From an uncultured Spirochaetota bacterium (GTDB taxonomy: Bacteria > Spirochaetota > Spirochaetia > SZUA-6 > Fen-1364), in contig CAVTHO010000008.1 of assembly GCA_963734545.1 (NCBI GenBank), positions 288,001 through 352,000 of the forward strand: a stretch of DNA of 64,000 bases. Direction: 5' to 3'. Below, piece by piece: positions 57,860 to 64,000 of the stretch (within the stretch, counting starts at the first letter, position 1; each line of letters opens with the position of its first letter). The position numbers were made by a program, and so were the translations under genes. The notes below the pieces were generated by a model. It worked only from the letters and a program-made list of their open reading frames with translations, ran no database searches and was not told the DNA's origin.

Positions 57860-58162
57860 CTACTTCTCCTTGCCTTTCATGCCCAGCGGAAGGGCGTCGT
57901 CCACCGAGGAATGCGGCCGGGGAATGACGTGCGTGGTGACGATCTCTCCCACCTTCTCCGCCGCACGCGCGCCCGCGTCCACTGCCGCCCGGCAGGCGGC
58001 AACGTCACCGCGCACAATCGCGGTCACGTAGCCTCCGCCGATCTTTTCGTAGCCCACCAGATCGACCTTTGCCGCTTTCACCATTGCGTCCGCGGCCTCC
58101 ACCATCGCCGCGAACCCGCGGGTCTCGATCATCCCCAAAGCGTCGAAACCGTTCTCTGCCAT
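57860..58162 (-). CDS. BMC hexamer shell protein (EutM/PduA-like)
   Basis: Core protein sequence identical to that of 56812-57123. AGGAGG ribosome-binding site. Confidence 0.97.
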   Translation of the reverse strand: MAENGFDALGMIETRGFAAMVEAADAMVKAAKVDLVGYEKIGGGYVTAIVRGDVAACRAAVDAGARAAEKVGEIVTTHVIPRPHSSVDDALPLGMKGKEK

Positions 58163-58224
58163 GTCTCCTCCTAAACTTGCTTTGCCCGCCTGGGGCGACT
58201 AGTCCAAAATGCCGTTCGTGCGGC

Positions 58225-58254
58225 AGTGCGCGAATACGGGAGTGCGCGAATACG
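58225..58254. repeat. Direct repeat, 14 bp x2
   Basis: AGTGCGCGAATACG at 58225 and 58241, upstream of the first BMC-H gene. Confidence 0.75.
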
Positions 58255-58320
58255 CGCTCCAACGGCTGGGGTGGCCCTCGGGGCCACGGTCGCCGTTCGT
58301 ACACCCGAAAGACCGCTCTC

Positions 58321-59100
58321 TCAGTGCATCTCGCGGCCGCCGGTGACGTTGAACGCCTGACCGGTGCAATAGTCTCCGTCGATGGTTAAGAATTTCACGA
58401 ATGACACCACGTCGTCAATCCGGCACAGTCGCCCCAGGGGGACCTTGGCGGTGAACTCCTTCACCACGTCCGCCTCTTCCATTTTGAGGTTTTCCACATA
58501 CCCCTTGCTCACCGAGCCCCAAACGCCGGTTTTCTCCACTATGCCGGGGCAAAGGCAGTTTACCTTGATGTTCTGCTTGGCGTACTCGTACGCGAGCGCC
58601 TGGGTGATCGCAATGATGGCGCCCTTGGCCCCCGAGTAGGCGGCCATGAGCTTGGAGCCCGTCTTGCCCGACTTGGATGAAAAGTTGATGATGCGGCCGT
58701 CTTTCAGGCCCTTCATGCTCTTCAGCGCCGCCTGCGCACAGAACACGGAACCATTGATGTTGATCCTGTTCATCTTGTCCAGCCGCTCAGCAGTGATTTC
58801 CTCGAACTCCTGCTGGTCCACGGCACCGGCCACATTGGCAAGCGCGAAGATGTTCCCAAGGTTCTTTGTGATGTCCTCAAAGCATGCGAAAACTGCCTTC
58901 TGATCGGTGATATCGAGGATGTACCCCCGAACGGCGTGCCCGGCTTTTGCCAGGCGTTCCGACTGCTCCTTGACCTCGGGATTGATGTCGATCATCGCCA
59001 CCTTTGCGCCGAGGCTGCAATACATCTCGGCGATCCCCAAACCGATGCTGCGCGCGGCGCCTGTCACCACGCAGGTTTTGCCTCTCAGGTCAACGCTCAT
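58321..59100 (-). CDS. SDR, sorbitol-6-phosphate 2-dehydrogenase (SrlD)-like
   Basis: TGAARSIG, INFSSKSGKTGS, AAYSGAK, KVPLGR, YCTGQAFNVTGG. Confidence 0.8.
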   Translation of the reverse strand: MSVDLRGKTCVVTGAARSIGLGIAEMYCSLGAKVAMIDINPEVKEQSERLAKAGHAVRGYILDITDQKAVFACFEDITKNLGNIFALANVAGAVDQQEFEEITAERLDKMNRININGSVFCAQAALKSMKGLKDGRIINFSSKSGKTGSKLMAAYSGAKGAIIAITQALAYEYAKQNIKVNCLCPGIVEKTGVWGSVSKGYVENLKMEEADVVKEFTAKVPLGRLCRIDDVVSFVKFLTIDGDYCTGQAFNVTGGREMH

Positions 59101-59119
59101 GAACCTTCCTCCGTTTGCC

Positions 59120-59209
59120 CTATCAAATCATGATTTCACTAGTGATGTCAAGCTGTTTCTTCTAATAAAACAACATTTCTTTAATAAAACCTCTCCGGGA
59201 GTCTGTCAA
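59120..59209 (-). promoter_or_regulatory. Promoter/operator region of the SDR-BMC operon
   Basis: Two minus-strand TTGACA hexamers (59209-59204, followed after 17 nt by TATTAA, and 59151-59146). Palindrome TGATTTCACTAGTGATGTCA at 59131-59150. Confidence 0.55.
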
Positions 59210-59240
59210 GGCAGCGATTTAGCCCCTCCCGGGCTCGGGC

Positions 59241-62339
<3,099 letters not shown>

Positions 62340-62364
62340 TCAGCTCTGCGAGGTTCGCACATGC

Positions 62365-64000
62365 CTACTTCTCAGTGAGCTCCACGACCCCGGTCCATCC
62401 GGACGGCGGTGGCGACCGTGTGAATGCCGTGCACCGGGTCAGGAAAAGCTGGGCGCAGTGATCCTGGGGGAGCAGGGAGAGCTCTTCCCGGAAAGCCCTG
62501 CCCGCCTGGTCGAACTTCTTTTCATAGTAGAGGGCAAGGGCTTCCTCGTGCTTCTTCCATGCGCCTTCCTCCGCGTCCGTGAGCCGGCGCCGGACCTCGT
62601 ATATCCCCGAGCCGTGGCTGCGGCCTTTCACCGCCACCTTGTCCAGGAGCCGGTAGCGCGCGGCGCCCAGGATCTTCCTTTGAACGGACTCCGAAACGAT
62701 CATGGGAGCATGGTATCTCTTGGTGAGGCTCTCCAGGCGCGAGGCCAGGTTGACCATGTCACCGATGACCGTATAGTCCATCTTCTGCTCGGACCCGATA
62801 TTGCCGACGGTCACGTTGCCGTAGTTGATCCCGACCCCGGAGTGCCAGGGGCTTCGTCCTTTGCTTTTCTGCCACGAATTGAACTCTTCGAGAGCATCTA
62901 TCATGTCGAGTCCGGTCATCACGGACTGAATCGCGTCATCCTCGTGTTTCTCGGGCGCGCCGAAATATGCCATGATCGCGTCCCCGATGTACTTGTCCAC
63001 CAGGCCTCCACGCGCCATGATGATTTTCACCATCCGGCCGAAGTACTGGTTCAGGGACTCCACGATTTCGTCGGGCTGCATCTTCTCCGAAATGGTCGTG
63101 AAGTCGCGCACGTCGGAGAAAAGCACCGCGAGGATCCTGTTCTCCCCGACGAGCATCTGCTCAGGGCTGGCAATGAACTGCTCGATCACGGTCTTGGGCA
63201 CATATTTCTGGAACACGGTGCGGAGCTTCTGTTCCTTTGTCTGGGCCACCGCGGCGTGCAGCGCGAAGCCCTTGATCTGGTCGTACGCTTTGCCGAGCTC
63301 CTCGCTCATGAGGTTGAAGGTGTGCCCCAGCCGTCCCGTCTCGTCCTTGTAGAGGACGTCCACCCTTCGCGACAGGTCGTTCGTGGCGATGATCTCTGTC
63401 ATGGCGTCGGCAACCTGCTCCAGCGGCCGGGTGAGATAGCGCGCAAAGAACAGAAGCAGAATCAACGAAACCAGCAGGGAGGCGCCAAGGATGTCAGCCG
63501 GTCTGGCGCACGATGGCATCGGTGGACCGGTAAAATGTGCCTGCCTCTTCGGTCACGAAAAAGGTCCAGTGGAACGGGGTGAACCCCGCCAGGTGGGCCA
63601 CCCGGTCCACTTCCCCGATCCGCAGCCTCTGCCATCCCGACGCTCCATCGGCCCGCAGCCTGTTCAGGCCTTCCATTTCCGCCGCGCTCGCGCTAAACTC
63701 ATTGGAGCGCAGCGCCACGGTGCCGTCGGCGGCAAGGGCGAAGATGCTTTCCGTCTGGGAGCGCACGAGACTTTTCGCGAAACTCTCCACCGCTGCCTTG
63801 GAGGCCTCCACGTACGCCTGATTGGCATCCAGGGCGTTGGCGCTCAACAGGTTCCATTGTCCCTCCGCGTAGGTGACAAGCTGCTCGGCCTTGAACTGAA
63901 GGAGTCCCGCGGCAACCGCGGTGATGCCATTGCGCGCCGAAAGGGTGGAAATGACTCCAATAAGCACGAGGGGAGTGATGATGAGCGGAAGCACGACGAG
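62365..64000 (-). CDS. Membrane HAMP-domain class III adenylate cyclase, +1 indel near 63495, 5' end outside window
   Basis: TM-periplasmic-TM, HAMP (DETGRL..FN.M), LFSDVRDFT, DKYIGDAIM, DYTVIGDMVNLASRLE. Confidence 0.92.

Noticed and set aside
21185-58254. CRISPR array from the short direct repeats at 21185 and 58225
   Set aside because: Each has only two copies with 2-nt gaps, no spacers and no cas genes.

Overview
This is a GC-rich, gene-dense bacterial chromosomal window. The gene repertoire suggests a free-living Spirochaetia-like organism, which is inference only. I found no rRNA, tRNA, CRISPR array, integrase or transposase. Several genes carry single-base indels that look like assembly errors. 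Main blocks: (1) a KamA-family aminomutase with an ATP-grasp ligase, hflX and a large GGDEF protein. (2) A lipid locus at 6-17.5 kb. It holds a PPTase, fabF, a 56-aa ORF and an AT3 acyltransferase, plus a nine-gene operon: PksF-like KS, FabG, HMG-CoA-synthase-like, two enoyl-CoA hydratases, FabL-like reductase, AcpK-like ACP, SPT-like alpha-oxoamine synthase and FabZ. That operon is a polyketide beta-branching cassette with no modular PKS, coupled to an apparent sphingolipid/aminolipid entry enzyme. A YghO/bCerS-like GNAT lies at 38 kb. (3) A phosphomannomutase/mannose-6-phosphate isomerase fusion facing manC, then a sigma54-driven P-II gene. (4) Assorted sensor, regulator and resistance-type genes, a sugar ABC transporter, and a 3.9-kb block flanked by a duplicated radical-SAM 3' end. 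(5) An SPU-type bacterial microcompartment locus (DeoC, Asp-type RpiB, aldehyde dehydrogenase, 2 BMC-H, BMC-T, 4 BMC-P) headed by an SrlD-like SDR, next to a GH2 beta-galactosidase and an adenylate cyclase. The best candidate for an undescribed system is the stand-alone beta-branching plus SPT-like operon.
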